A stretch of DNA of 64,000 bases from Bacteroidales bacterium (GTDB lineage Bacteria; Bacteroidota; Bacteroidia; Bacteroidales; ML635J-15), in NCBI GenBank assembly GCA_046546095.1, contig JBKGYK010000002.1, forward strand, positions 2,975 through 66,974. Direction: 5' to 3'. Of this stretch, positions 9,501 to 17,408 are shown piece by piece; the first letter of the stretch is position 1, and every line of letters begins with the position of its first letter. The notes beneath the pieces are model-generated. The model was not told the DNA's origin and made no database searches. It saw nothing but the letters and a program-made list of their open reading frames with translations. Made by a program: the position numbers and the translations under genes.

Positions 9501-12500
9501 GCATCTTCCCTGCAGAATGCCAGGGTTTTAGTCAATATAGAACATGAGGACAAAACATTGCATGATGACTGGCTTAAGCTAAAAAATTCCGGAAAAAGAC
9601 TCAGTTATGATGTCACAGAAGAACTCAGGGGTGGAATTACTGTCTCAGCCATTCTTATTTATGAAGGAGAAATGTATCAGCAGAGTAAAACACTGACAGT
9701 GCCTTTTGATAATAAGAAGCTGAAGCTGGAGTACCTGCATTTCAGAAACGAATTGATGCCGGGCGAATCAGAAGAAATACGCGTGAAAATATCAGGATGG
9801 AAAAAAGACGCAGCCGCAGCTGAAATGCTGGCAACCATGTATGATGCATCCCTTGACGCATTGTATGAAAATAATTTTTCTTTCAATCTGTATCATCCCG
9901 AATATAAACAGGCAAACTATACCACCACCGCTTTTCAAACAGGCAATGCATCCTTTTTGATCAATGAATATGAACCTGAACATGCTAAGGTGGAGGGCAT
10001 GGAACCGGTTATGAATATGTTTGGTTTGAATTATTACGGCAACTATGCAACAACAAATATGAGGGAAGCTCGCAGTGATGGCGTTTTAATGTCTGCTGCC
10101 TCCGGTGAAGCCGAAATGACAGATGAAATGGGGGCTGATTCCCCTCAGGAGGAAACACTAACATCGGAAGATGGAATGAAAGATGCAGAAAAAAGTGCCT
10201 CAAATGAAGAAATGCCTGCAGAACAGGGGCAGGAGAAGGCCGAATCAGGAGATGTGAAAATCAGGAAAGATTTTAATGAAACTGCCTTTTTTCTTCCTCA
10301 GTTGCGTACCAATGAAAAAGGAGAAATTAGCTTTAGTTTTACTTCTCCTGAAAGCCTTACTGCATGGAAATTTCTGGCCATGGCTCATACCAAAGATCTG
10401 AGTACCATTGTTTCTGAAAATAAAATGGTAACACGCAAAAAACTCATGATTGTACCAAACATGCCACGCTTCTTTCGCGAAAACGATGAAATGACGCTCA
10501 GCGTGAAAATCAGCAACCTGTCTGAAGAAGCCCTGAATGGAAATGTAGAGCTTGGCTTTCTTGATGCACTTTCAGGGGAGGATATTACAGACAAAGTGAT
10601 TGCTTCTGAACAACAGCCCGGTTTTAAAATTGATGCCGGTGATAATGCAGCGGTTAAATTCACATTGAACATTCCACATGACGTGCAGGCTGTTGAATAT
10701 AAGCTCATAGCCCGCACTGATAAATATGGAGACGGCGAGCAAAAAGTTGTACCTGTTCTGAGCAACCGAATGCTGGTTACCGAATCCATGCCAATGTATG
10801 TCAATGGGAATTCAACAAAAAAATGGACATTTGACAAACTCAAAAAGAGTAAGTCTTCCGGTACCCTCAAACATCATAAGCTCAGCCTCGAAGTAACGCC
10901 GAGGCCAGCATGGTATGCTATACAGGCTTTGCCCTATCTTATGGAGTACCCGTATGAATGCTCTGAACAGGTATTTAGCAGGTATTATGCCAACAGTCTG
11001 GCTGAACATATTGCCAATTCAGATCCTCAGATACGGAGAATATTTGATAGCTGGAAAAACCTGCCGGAATCTGATGCCCTGAGTTCAAATCTTCATAAAA
11101 ATCAGGATATGAAAGCCAATATGCTGGAGCAAACCCCCTGGGTACTTGAAGCACAAAATGAGGCCGAACGTAAACGGCGAATCGGCTTACTATTTGACAT
11201 GGACCGCATGGCAAGAGAACAGTTTTCGGCTCTGAAAAAACTGCAGCAAAAGCAGGTTAGCAGCGGCGGATGGCCATGGTTTGAAGGTATGCCCGAAAGC
11301 AGATTTATCACCCAGCATATTGTCGCCGGGCTCAATCACCTGAAGAAACTCAATGTGCTTGATGACAAGCAAATCCGGGAAGTAGATCCCATGATAAAAA
11401 GTGGATTAAACTATCTTGATAAGCAAATCAAAAAGGACTATGATTATCTGACATCCACTTTTGATGAGGATGAAATGAAAGATAAGCATATTTCCAACAT
11501 TCATGTACACTATCTTTATACCCGCAGTTTTAACCATGGCGAAATTCCGATTTCACCTCAAACTTCCAAAGCTTATAAGTACTACTATAATCAGGCCAGG
11601 GAATATTGGGTGGAAATGAACAATTACTCAAAGGCCATGATTGCTCTGCTCATGCACAGAACCGGCAATGAGGATGTTGCAGATGATATCCTCGCATCAC
11701 TGCGGGAATATGCCATCCTTGATGATGAGTTAGGCATGTACTGGAAAAATAGCGGAGGCTATTACTGGTATCAGGCTCCGGTGGAAAGCCAGGCCCTGCT
11801 GATAGAGGCTTTTGATGAAGCCGGAGATGACCGGGATGCTGTGGAGCGTATGAAGCAATGGTTGCTCAATCAAAAACGTACACAGGACTGGAAAACCACA
11901 AAGGCAACTGCTGAAGCTGTGTATGCACTTATTCTGACGGGACAGAATCTGCTTGACACTGAAGCCGGAGTTATCGTTGAGATGGGCGGCGAAACCATTG
12001 ATCCGGAGGAGGAAGATGATGTGACAACAGAAGCCGGTACCGGTTATTTCCGCAAAGACTGGAGTGGTGGGGAGATTACATCTGAAATGAGTAAGGTTAA
12101 ACTTACAAAATCAGGTTCAGGTATGGCCTGGGGTGCTTTACACTGGCAGTATTTTGAGGATATGGACAAAATTACATCGCATGAAACACCCCTGCAACTG
12201 GAGAAAAAACTATTCAAAAAAATTGATACCGATGAAGGTACAGAATTGAAATTGCTGGATGACAAAACTACTCTCAGTGTAGGGGATAAACTGGTGGCCA
12301 GAATCATATTGCGTAGCGACAGGGATATGGAATATGTCCACATGAAAGATATGCGCGCTGCTGCACTTGAACCGTTGTCAACTCGATCAGGTTACAGATA
12401 TCAGGACGGCCTGGGCTATTATGAATCCGTTCGTGATGCCTCTGTGGATTTCTTCTTCAGCAGACTCAGGAAAGGAACATACGTGTTTGAGTATCCATTG

Positions 12501-12608
12501 TATGTTACCCACGCCGGCGAATTTTCCAATGGCATAACAAACATTCAGTGTATGTATGCACCTGAATACAATGCGCATTCTCAGGGCGACAGAATACATG
12601 TTGAATAA
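6540..12608 (+). CDS. Alpha-2-macroglobulin family protein (thioester-containing, secreted/periplasmic)
   Basis: Signal peptide MKKTLLFIGLLTFGLLISGKA with no lipobox Cys. There are long MG-domain-like repeats, an acidic low-complexity insert immediately before FNETAFFLPQL, and a thioester motif YPYECSEQ about 229 aa later. The C-terminal part is A2M-like. Confidence 0.9.
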   Translation: MKKTLLFIGLLTFGLLISGKAQENMDYDKAWDNLKKYEQKGLPQSALKVADSIFRAAVTEKDNEQVMKSMIYRIKLSNYYQEDQIIQAIESLQSDKDMYEPEVRAFMHLLSARLYSMYYKVNRWSVDRRTSTGEHREDDIKTWTQQDFFQLIDEEHQSVLAYKKQLGKIPITKYPELIKQDEYSEKIQPALYDFFAHEIADYYKSRAENQNQGMSVLSDSNVFLPARLFLASDYTLDSTEAAEKAMAVLKDLLGYRVSEDHTYARVYTDLKRLEIAAKYYSGKDAKDQHFHALSRLHMQFENSPVISEIDICLAKWYFNKAEETKHVYGENKKAGLYEKCNEICRQIKSNHPETRAAGQAIQLQNKIKKLHLSFTAENNVIPDQPFPVFVEYKNMDKLNYSIMKIDPDEFSSIVRKHYGEKRRAELLKNGEIIRNKKLELPGKPDYVSHTTEFISDALPGGFYVLFLSTQELDSEKENFVVYKPLQVTNIAWYTRQISRDESLQLFVTNSKTGMPTKGAKVKASYRTYNYKAGDYKYEKLSQTRTSAKGMAEFNLKRRSHSLVFEIDNGKEILRTDPQYHYMYSGQNEKWRETTRFFTDRAVYRPGQTIHVKGICLQQKGKNYEILENYTSSLSFLDPNHQNITTKTIKTNEFGSFSAELVIPEGLLNGRLTIKTPSGSQYVQLEEYKRPAFEVEMDDPDGNYLLGRRVTLEGSAVSYTGAKLSGADVKYRVYREPVFHSMWRFGYLPQQRELMTHGETQCDKSGSFDLSFVPRAIADYPVDQDVSYRFTLEAEVTDITGETQSVTRTLVVGYRTLKLSTSLPSSVDLSQLDSLTVSSTNLNSQSVETSGTIVIYELHQPDKVLIEKDWDVPEFSMVDEEEWRHTLPNHEYRDEGRIENFPVKEKRAGIPFNTANSETYALPSAANITPGAYRIELRATDEFGMPVVDKQYIRVYDNSTSTPGVSKALNVHTEKSQYSVGEVIDIDIASSLQNARVLVNIEHEDKTLHDDWLKLKNSGKRLSYDVTEELRGGITVSAILIYEGEMYQQSKTLTVPFDNKKLKLEYLHFRNELMPGESEEIRVKISGWKKDAAAAEMLATMYDASLDALYENNFSFNLYHPEYKQANYTTTAFQTGNASFLINEYEPEHAKVEGMEPVMNMFGLNYYGNYATTNMREARSDGVLMSAASGEAEMTDEMGADSPQEETLTSEDGMKDAEKSASNEEMPAEQGQEKAESGDVKIRKDFNETAFFLPQLRTNEKGEISFSFTSPESLTAWKFLAMAHTKDLSTIVSENKMVTRKKLMIVPNMPRFFRENDEMTLSVKISNLSEEALNGNVELGFLDALSGEDITDKVIASEQQPGFKIDAGDNAAVKFTLNIPHDVQAVEYKLIARTDKYGDGEQKVVPVLSNRMLVTESMPMYVNGNSTKKWTFDKLKKSKSSGTLKHHKLSLEVTPRPAWYAIQALPYLMEYPYECSEQVFSRYYANSLAEHIANSDPQIRRIFDSWKNLPESDALSSNLHKNQDMKANMLEQTPWVLEAQNEAERKRRIGLLFDMDRMAREQFSALKKLQQKQVSSGGWPWFEGMPESRFITQHIVAGLNHLKKLNVLDDKQIREVDPMIKSGLNYLDKQIKKDYDYLTSTFDEDEMKDKHISNIHVHYLYTRSFNHGEIPISPQTSKAYKYYYNQAREYWVEMNNYSKAMIALLMHRTGNEDVADDILASLREYAILDDELGMYWKNSGGYYWYQAPVESQALLIEAFDEAGDDRDAVERMKQWLLNQKRTQDWKTTKATAEAVYALILTGQNLLDTEAGVIVEMGGETIDPEEEDDVTTEAGTGYFRKDWSGGEITSEMSKVKLTKSGSGMAWGALHWQYFEDMDKITSHETPLQLEKKLFKKIDTDEGTELKLLDDKTTLSVGDKLVARIILRSDRDMEYVHMKDMRAAALEPLSTRSGYRYQDGLGYYESVRDASVDFFFSRLRKGTYVFEYPLYVTHAGEFSNGITNIQCMYAPEYNAHSQGDRIHVE

Positions 12609-12631
12609 TAGATTTTAATAAACAAATGTAA

Positions 12632-12676
12632 ATACCAGAGGCTTGTGTGTAATCACAGGCCTTTGGTATATTATTT
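12632..12676 (+). terminator. Strong hairpin terminator after the A2M gene
   Basis: 16-bp stem ataccagaggcttgtg/cacaggcctttggtat with a 6-nt loop, followed by a T-rich stretch. Confidence 0.6.
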
Positions 12677-12732
12677 CGTGAATGTTGGTGTTTATTGACT
12701 AAATTTAGTGCCCTAAACCAACCATTATTATC

Positions 12733-14952
12733 ATGAAAACCATTATCCTGTTTTTATTTCTGTTTTGTTTTAGCCTGTTCGCTCAGGCACAATCAAATTT
12801 CGAACTTTTTGAAAATCCTTTCCTTGAAGGTTGTGATACAGAGGCAATTGTTTATCTCGAAGCCGATGGAATAGGCTTTATGACAGATGGCAAAGATGTA
12901 TATACCTCTGTCAACAGTACAATCTGGGAGCTAGCTCAGGGTGCTCCTATCCAGGGTGAATACATCAACGGCCTGACAACCGGAGACGGCCATATTTTTA
13001 TATCTGCAGATGGATTTGTCTGGGAGTATAACAGTGCCGATTCTTCCTGGGTAGAACTGCCCCCCATCGCCAATGCTTATATATCCGGTATACATTTTGT
13101 CAACGGACGGTTGCTGGCTGTAGTGGATGTATATGAAGGCGGGTCAAATGATAATTACCTGTATTATTCCAATGATTACGGACAGAACTGGACACAAGGT
13201 GCGCAGTTACCGGTCAGCAACTCATGGGTCAGCGTGAAAGACTATTCAGAACAATATATCATGTTTGCTGATCCCGCCGGAGTTTATTATTCAGAAGATG
13301 GTGAGAGCTATACCACCATTGACTTTTCCGGTATCGGTGGAATTTCCGATCCTTATGAAACAATATACAATATGGAGGCAGAGGAAAATTCTGACTATTT
13401 TTATTATCAGGACGGAACAGATATTTATCGCTACGATGCTACAACAGATAGTTGGACAGACATTAGTCAAACCCTCGTGCCGGGCGCTATGCTGCAAGGG
13501 ATGACTGCATGTGATTCAATGGTTTATACTTCAGCAATCTGGTTTACAACAGAACTCAACTTTGAAATGCTTTACAGCGATGATCACGGAGAAAGCTGGA
13601 ATTTGACCGGTGATTCAGGAATTGGTGCTGTGCCTTATATGGAATATCTCCTGCAATACTCTTCCACAGGCTTTATTGCTACAACCGCTTTGTATGACAC
13701 CTATTGGTCAAGTGCCGGAATTACTTTTTCTGGTCCCGCACAAGGCCTGTATGGAAAGCGCTACAATCTTGCAATAAACGACAATGCCATTGTTTATCAA
13801 AGTGAGCAAAGGGGCTTCTCCAGGTCTGAAGACGGATTCTCATGGGGGCAAACCAATGGAGGCCTTCCACAGTTTTATGAAGATTTGTATTTTACCAATG
13901 ATGTGTATGAACATAACGGTGTTATGTTTGCTTCGGTTATGGACGACCCGATGAGTGAAACCTTCACCTTGTACTATAGTACCAATGATGGTGTCTATTG
14001 GAATGAAGTTACCCAGCATACATCCGATGTGTATTTTACTTTCATAGGTTCTGATGATGAATATGTGTATCTTTCTCTGGAGACAGGTGCCGGCACTGAA
14101 ATTCTTGGCTATAATTCGGACCTGAGCTCAACGGTTGATATCAGCAGCTCTGTACAGTCTCTTAATCCGCAGAAAATTTACAATATTGCCGGAAACGGTG
14201 ACTATACCTATTTGTTCATGAACACCGATACCGATCATACTAAAATCTATTATTCTGACAACCATGGTGACACATGGACAGAAATAGGCTTTGATGATAA
14301 TGTGGATTTTGTTCTTTCACAGGAAAGCGGGGGGCACCTCAATCAGGTTTCCTGCTTATTTCAGGCTGATGGAATGCCGGTAGTGCTAACCTATAATCCT
14401 GCCTTGCAGGAAAATACTCTCTTCAGACTCAATAGTGAAATGACAGGCTGGGAAGATGTTCAGGCTGTGGGGCTGCCCGGGGTGCGGCATGCTGTTTCAA
14501 TCAATACATCTGTCAATGGCCGTGAAAATGTCATCATCTCTTCTCAGGGTTTGTTTACCAGCGGAGATATGCAGAACTGGGAAATGTACGGTGATGGTTT
14601 TCGTTTTGGTATGGAGCCCATCTGCGCCGGTATGAATCAGTCTCAGGTAGTTATTGGCACCAATGGTTCCGGTATCTGGGCTGTTGACCTGTTGCCGGTA
14701 GGGATGAAGCAGGTTTCTGAACTGAAAATAAATGTTTACCCAAATCCGTCAGGTTCAGGATGGAATCTTGTTTTTTCTGACAACATACGGCACAATTTGC
14801 TGCTTAGGGATATGCAGGGCCGCATCATTAAAAGCTTTTCCACTTGTGAAAAAGAATTCCATCTTGATGCGCCATCTTTGACTACCGGTGTCTATATGCT
14901 TGAAATACGTTCTGATTATGGAATAAGCCTGAAAAAGCTAATTAAGCAATAA
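12733..14952 (+). CDS. Secreted Asp-box (BNR) beta-propeller protein with T9SS C-terminal sorting domain
   Basis: Signal peptide MKTIILFLFLFCFSLFAQA. At least five Asp-boxes are present (SNDYGQNW, SDDHGESW, STNDGVYW, SDNHGDTW, SEDGFSW). The C-terminal roughly 80 aa (KINVYPNPS...GVYMLEI) is typical of Por/T9SS CTDs. Confidence 0.8.
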   Translation: MKTIILFLFLFCFSLFAQAQSNFELFENPFLEGCDTEAIVYLEADGIGFMTDGKDVYTSVNSTIWELAQGAPIQGEYINGLTTGDGHIFISADGFVWEYNSADSSWVELPPIANAYISGIHFVNGRLLAVVDVYEGGSNDNYLYYSNDYGQNWTQGAQLPVSNSWVSVKDYSEQYIMFADPAGVYYSEDGESYTTIDFSGIGGISDPYETIYNMEAEENSDYFYYQDGTDIYRYDATTDSWTDISQTLVPGAMLQGMTACDSMVYTSAIWFTTELNFEMLYSDDHGESWNLTGDSGIGAVPYMEYLLQYSSTGFIATTALYDTYWSSAGITFSGPAQGLYGKRYNLAINDNAIVYQSEQRGFSRSEDGFSWGQTNGGLPQFYEDLYFTNDVYEHNGVMFASVMDDPMSETFTLYYSTNDGVYWNEVTQHTSDVYFTFIGSDDEYVYLSLETGAGTEILGYNSDLSSTVDISSSVQSLNPQKIYNIAGNGDYTYLFMNTDTDHTKIYYSDNHGDTWTEIGFDDNVDFVLSQESGGHLNQVSCLFQADGMPVVLTYNPALQENTLFRLNSEMTGWEDVQAVGLPGVRHAVSINTSVNGRENVIISSQGLFTSGDMQNWEMYGDGFRFGMEPICAGMNQSQVVIGTNGSGIWAVDLLPVGMKQVSELKINVYPNPSGSGWNLVFSDNIRHNLLLRDMQGRIIKSFSTCEKEFHLDAPSLTTGVYMLEIRSDYGISLKKLIKQ

Positions 14953-14993
14953 ACCCTGATTGCGTCTGTAAAAATTTTACGCGTTACAAAAAT

Positions 14994-15015
14994 AAAAGCT
15001 CCCGCAGGAGCTTTT
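14994..15015. terminator. Bidirectional terminator shared by convergent genes
   Basis: Stem aaaagctcc, loop cgca, stem ggagctttt, with A/T runs on both sides. It overlaps the THX stop codon. Confidence 0.7.
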
Positions 15016-15133
15016 ATTTGTTATCGGCAGTGTCTGCCGGTTTGTTGAATTTGTCTTTTCCCTGAGGGCGGCGTTTACCATAAGACCCTCTGAAGATTTT
15101 CCCTTTCCGGGTTTTTTTGTCTCCTTTACCCAT
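15014..15133 (-). CDS. 30S ribosomal protein THX (39 aa, below the ORF-track cutoff)
   Basis: Hand translation gives MGKGDKKTRKGKIFRGSYGKRRPQGKDKFNKPADTADNK. The MGKGD..(R/K)GK..RGSYG..RP core matches Bacteroidota THX. A TAnnTTTG motif lies 28 nt upstream and a terminator sits at the stop. Confidence 0.8.
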   Translation of the reverse strand: MGKGDKKTRKGKIFRGSYGKRRPQGKDKFNKPADTADNK

Positions 15134-15160
15134 AATTGTTTGTTTTTTGGTTTGTTATAG

Positions 15161-15168
15161 CAAAAATA
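15161..15168 (-). promoter_or_regulatory. Bacteroidota -7 promoter motif (TATTTTTG) for the THX gene
   Basis: The reverse complement reads TATTTTTG and fits the TAnnTTTG consensus. Confidence 0.45.
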
Positions 15169-15339
15169 AAAAGCATCTTGTGGAATTCAAAATCCATGAT
15201 TCATTTTATGTCTGATAATAGGCACTTATTACGATTACAGGATAAATAATGGGGGTATAAATCCTTGAATTTCTTGTAGATGTTGGTTTTGTGCTGAAAG
15301 ATTGCTATCTTAGGTGGCATAAACCAAAACTGAATAATT

Positions 15340-15993
15340 ATGGATAAAAAAAACCGTATTGAAAACGCAAAAGCAAAGTGGAATGAAATTAAAGACAATG
15401 CTGCTGATGTTAAATCAGTTATTGAGCTCGAATGCTATTTTGAATTGAATGCCGACGATGAGGCAAAAATTTCTCCTTATGTTGATGAATACCTTTTGGC
15501 ATACGTAGGTGTTGAGAATTCAAAAATTCTTTTTATCTTAACACCGGACAAACTGGACGACATAGCATGGGATGATTTGTCTCAGGCTGAACAGGATGCG
15601 ATTTTGCTAAAACCTTACAAAACAGATCACGATGTAGGTGGTGTTGATTTTGTAGGTGAGCAGGTTGATGGCCCGGACATAAGTGTTAGAGAGGCACTTG
15701 AGCGTCATCATCGCTGGAATTCAATGCTGAAATCCTTTCTGGAGGCTGAGGTACAACATCCGAAGGGTTTGTTTGTCAGATTTGATATACCATGGGGAAA
15801 TGTTAAAACAAATCTGACAAATCCGGACCTTAACAGAATGCTTTTTACATTTGGTTTGCCCAAAGATAATGAGGGACTAAGTGTATCGGGTTATTATACC
15901 GACCTGGTAGGATGGTCTGTTATGAAAGAGAATAAGCCGGGAGGAGGTACAACGAATGTTAGCCTGCCTTGCCCGCCGAATTGCAAAAAGTAG
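15340..15993 (+). CDS. Hypothetical acidic cytoplasmic protein with C-terminal GGG-TTNVSLPCPPNCKK tail
   Basis: 217 aa with no signal peptide or TM segment and no motif I recognise. It is the first gene of a tightly packed four-gene unit, with a 6-nt gap to the next gene. Confidence 0.6.
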   Translation: MDKKNRIENAKAKWNEIKDNAADVKSVIELECYFELNADDEAKISPYVDEYLLAYVGVENSKILFILTPDKLDDIAWDDLSQAEQDAILLKPYKTDHDVGGVDFVGEQVDGPDISVREALERHHRWNSMLKSFLEAEVQHPKGLFVRFDIPWGNVKTNLTNPDLNRMLFTFGLPKDNEGLSVSGYYTDLVGWSVMKENKPGGGTTNVSLPCPPNCKK

Positions 15994-15999
15994 TGAAGT

Positions 16000-16677
16000 A
16001 TGATGTTGGAGCTTTGGGAAGTGTTTGTAGGGATTTTGTATCTTATCATTTTTGTAGCAATCATTATAAGTGTGATATTCTTCAAACACTTACCAAAGCC
16101 TTATAAAATCCTCGCTTTCTTGTTTTTTAGCAATGCTGTTTTTGAAATAGCTTCGTTATTATTTAGGAATTTCTCCGAAGAGGGAACAAATCTGTTTATT
16201 AGTCCCATATCTAATCTTGCAGTGCTGGTGATTTTAAGCTTGTTTTACCTTAAGTATGTGCTGCGCTCCGGAAAATATCGTACCGTTTTAATTGGTCTCA
16301 GTTCATTGAGTGTCGTTCTGGTAAGCAGGGATGTCATATACGCTTTGGGAGGTGATTTTCAAAACCTGCATTTTGTAAGCTTGTTTTACTGTAGCCTTAT
16401 CATTGCTGTGTTTGCGATAGCATACTTTCTACAGATTGCCATATACCCTGATGTGAAAATAGTAAAGAATTACGTAATCCTCAGCATCGTATTTTTCCTT
16501 CAGGCTTTATTTGGTATGCTGTTCGCTGTTGCAATAAATTTTATGATTAATGAAAGTCTTGAAATTGTTTCGTACTTTTGGATTGCCAGATTAATTATTC
16601 TTTTGGCCACAAATGTTATATTAATGTTGATGATATGGAAGATTGGAAGGACCCGCAGACATTTGCAATTGGATTAG
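16000..16677 (+). CDS. Seven-TM membrane protein of unknown function (putative sensor or processing partner)
   Basis: Seven hydrophobic helices, an acidic N-terminus (MMLELWE) and a basic C-terminal tail (KIGRTRRH). No catalytic motif was recognised. Confidence 0.7.
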   Translation: MMLELWEVFVGILYLIIFVAIIISVIFFKHLPKPYKILAFLFFSNAVFEIASLLFRNFSEEGTNLFISPISNLAVLVILSLFYLKYVLRSGKYRTVLIGLSSLSVVLVSRDVIYALGGDFQNLHFVSLFYCSLIIAVFAIAYFLQIAIYPDVKIVKNYVILSIVFFLQALFGMLFAVAINFMINESLEIVSYFWIARLIILLATNVILMLMIWKIGRTRRHLQLD

Positions 16678-17393
16678 CTATTGTGATTTTTATTGTGCTT
16701 TTTCTTGGTGCGTTGATCGTGGTGATTCTCAGATTGTATACCCGTCGGGTGTTGAAAGAGCAAAAAGAACAGGCACGACTGAAAATTCAGCATCAGAAAC
16801 TACTTGCAAAAGCATCGGTTGATATGAGAGAAAAAGAAAGGGCTCGTATTGCAGCAGACCTGCACGATGACCTTGTTGGACGGCTCAGAGCAATTCACCT
16901 GATGATGAGTATGCCCGAAAAGAGCTATGAGAAAAGACCCGAAGATCATCTAAGTGAAACCATAGAACTGACACGGCATATTTCACATGATCTCATGCCA
17001 CCAATGATTGAACAATCGGATATGCGTGAACTTGTTGAGGAGGCCTGTTTTATTCTCAAAGAAAAACATGATGTGAGATTGAATTTCCTCAATCATAATG
17101 AAAAAGAGCCGGATGCTTCCCTGAAATTGCAATTGTTTCGTATCATAAAAGAAGTGGTAAACAATATCATAAAACATGCCGTTGCAGATAAAGTTGAGCT
17201 TGTTTACCGCCAGGGCAATGATTCCATCTCCATTGTAATCAGAGATAATGGAATAGGATTTCCTGAGAATAACCCCGGAAACGGTCTGGGTTTAAAGGAT
17301 ATAGAATTAAGAACTCAGTATCTTAATGGTTATTATAAATTTGCTAATAATTGCAATGGTGGAAGCCGGTTTATTTTGTATATTTCGGTGTGA
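16635..17393 (+). CDS. Single-pass HisKA_3-type sensor histidine kinase lacking an extracytoplasmic sensor domain
   Basis: One TM segment (FAIGLAIVIFIVLFLGALIVVIL), a coiled coil, H-box RIAADLHDDLVGRL, N-box VVNNIIKHA and G-boxes DNGIGF/GNGLGL. The start is ambiguous (ATG 16578 or 16635), and the gene overlaps the 7-TM gene in another frame. Confidence 0.8.
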   Translation: MEDWKDPQTFAIGLAIVIFIVLFLGALIVVILRLYTRRVLKEQKEQARLKIQHQKLLAKASVDMREKERARIAADLHDDLVGRLRAIHLMMSMPEKSYEKRPEDHLSETIELTRHISHDLMPPMIEQSDMRELVEEACFILKEKHDVRLNFLNHNEKEPDASLKLQLFRIIKEVVNNIIKHAVADKVELVYRQGNDSISIVIRDNGIGFPENNPGNGLGLKDIELRTQYLNGYYKFANNCNGGSRFILYISV

Positions 17394-17408
17394 TTAAGAC
17401 AGATAATT

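Noticed and set aside
16000-17393. Reading the 7-TM gene and the kinase as one frameshifted pseudogene
   Set aside because: Positive-inside topology is consistent for two separate proteins but inconsistent for a fusion. Both frames have their own plausible start, and nothing else in the module looks degraded. The idea is kept as a finding so that it can be verified.
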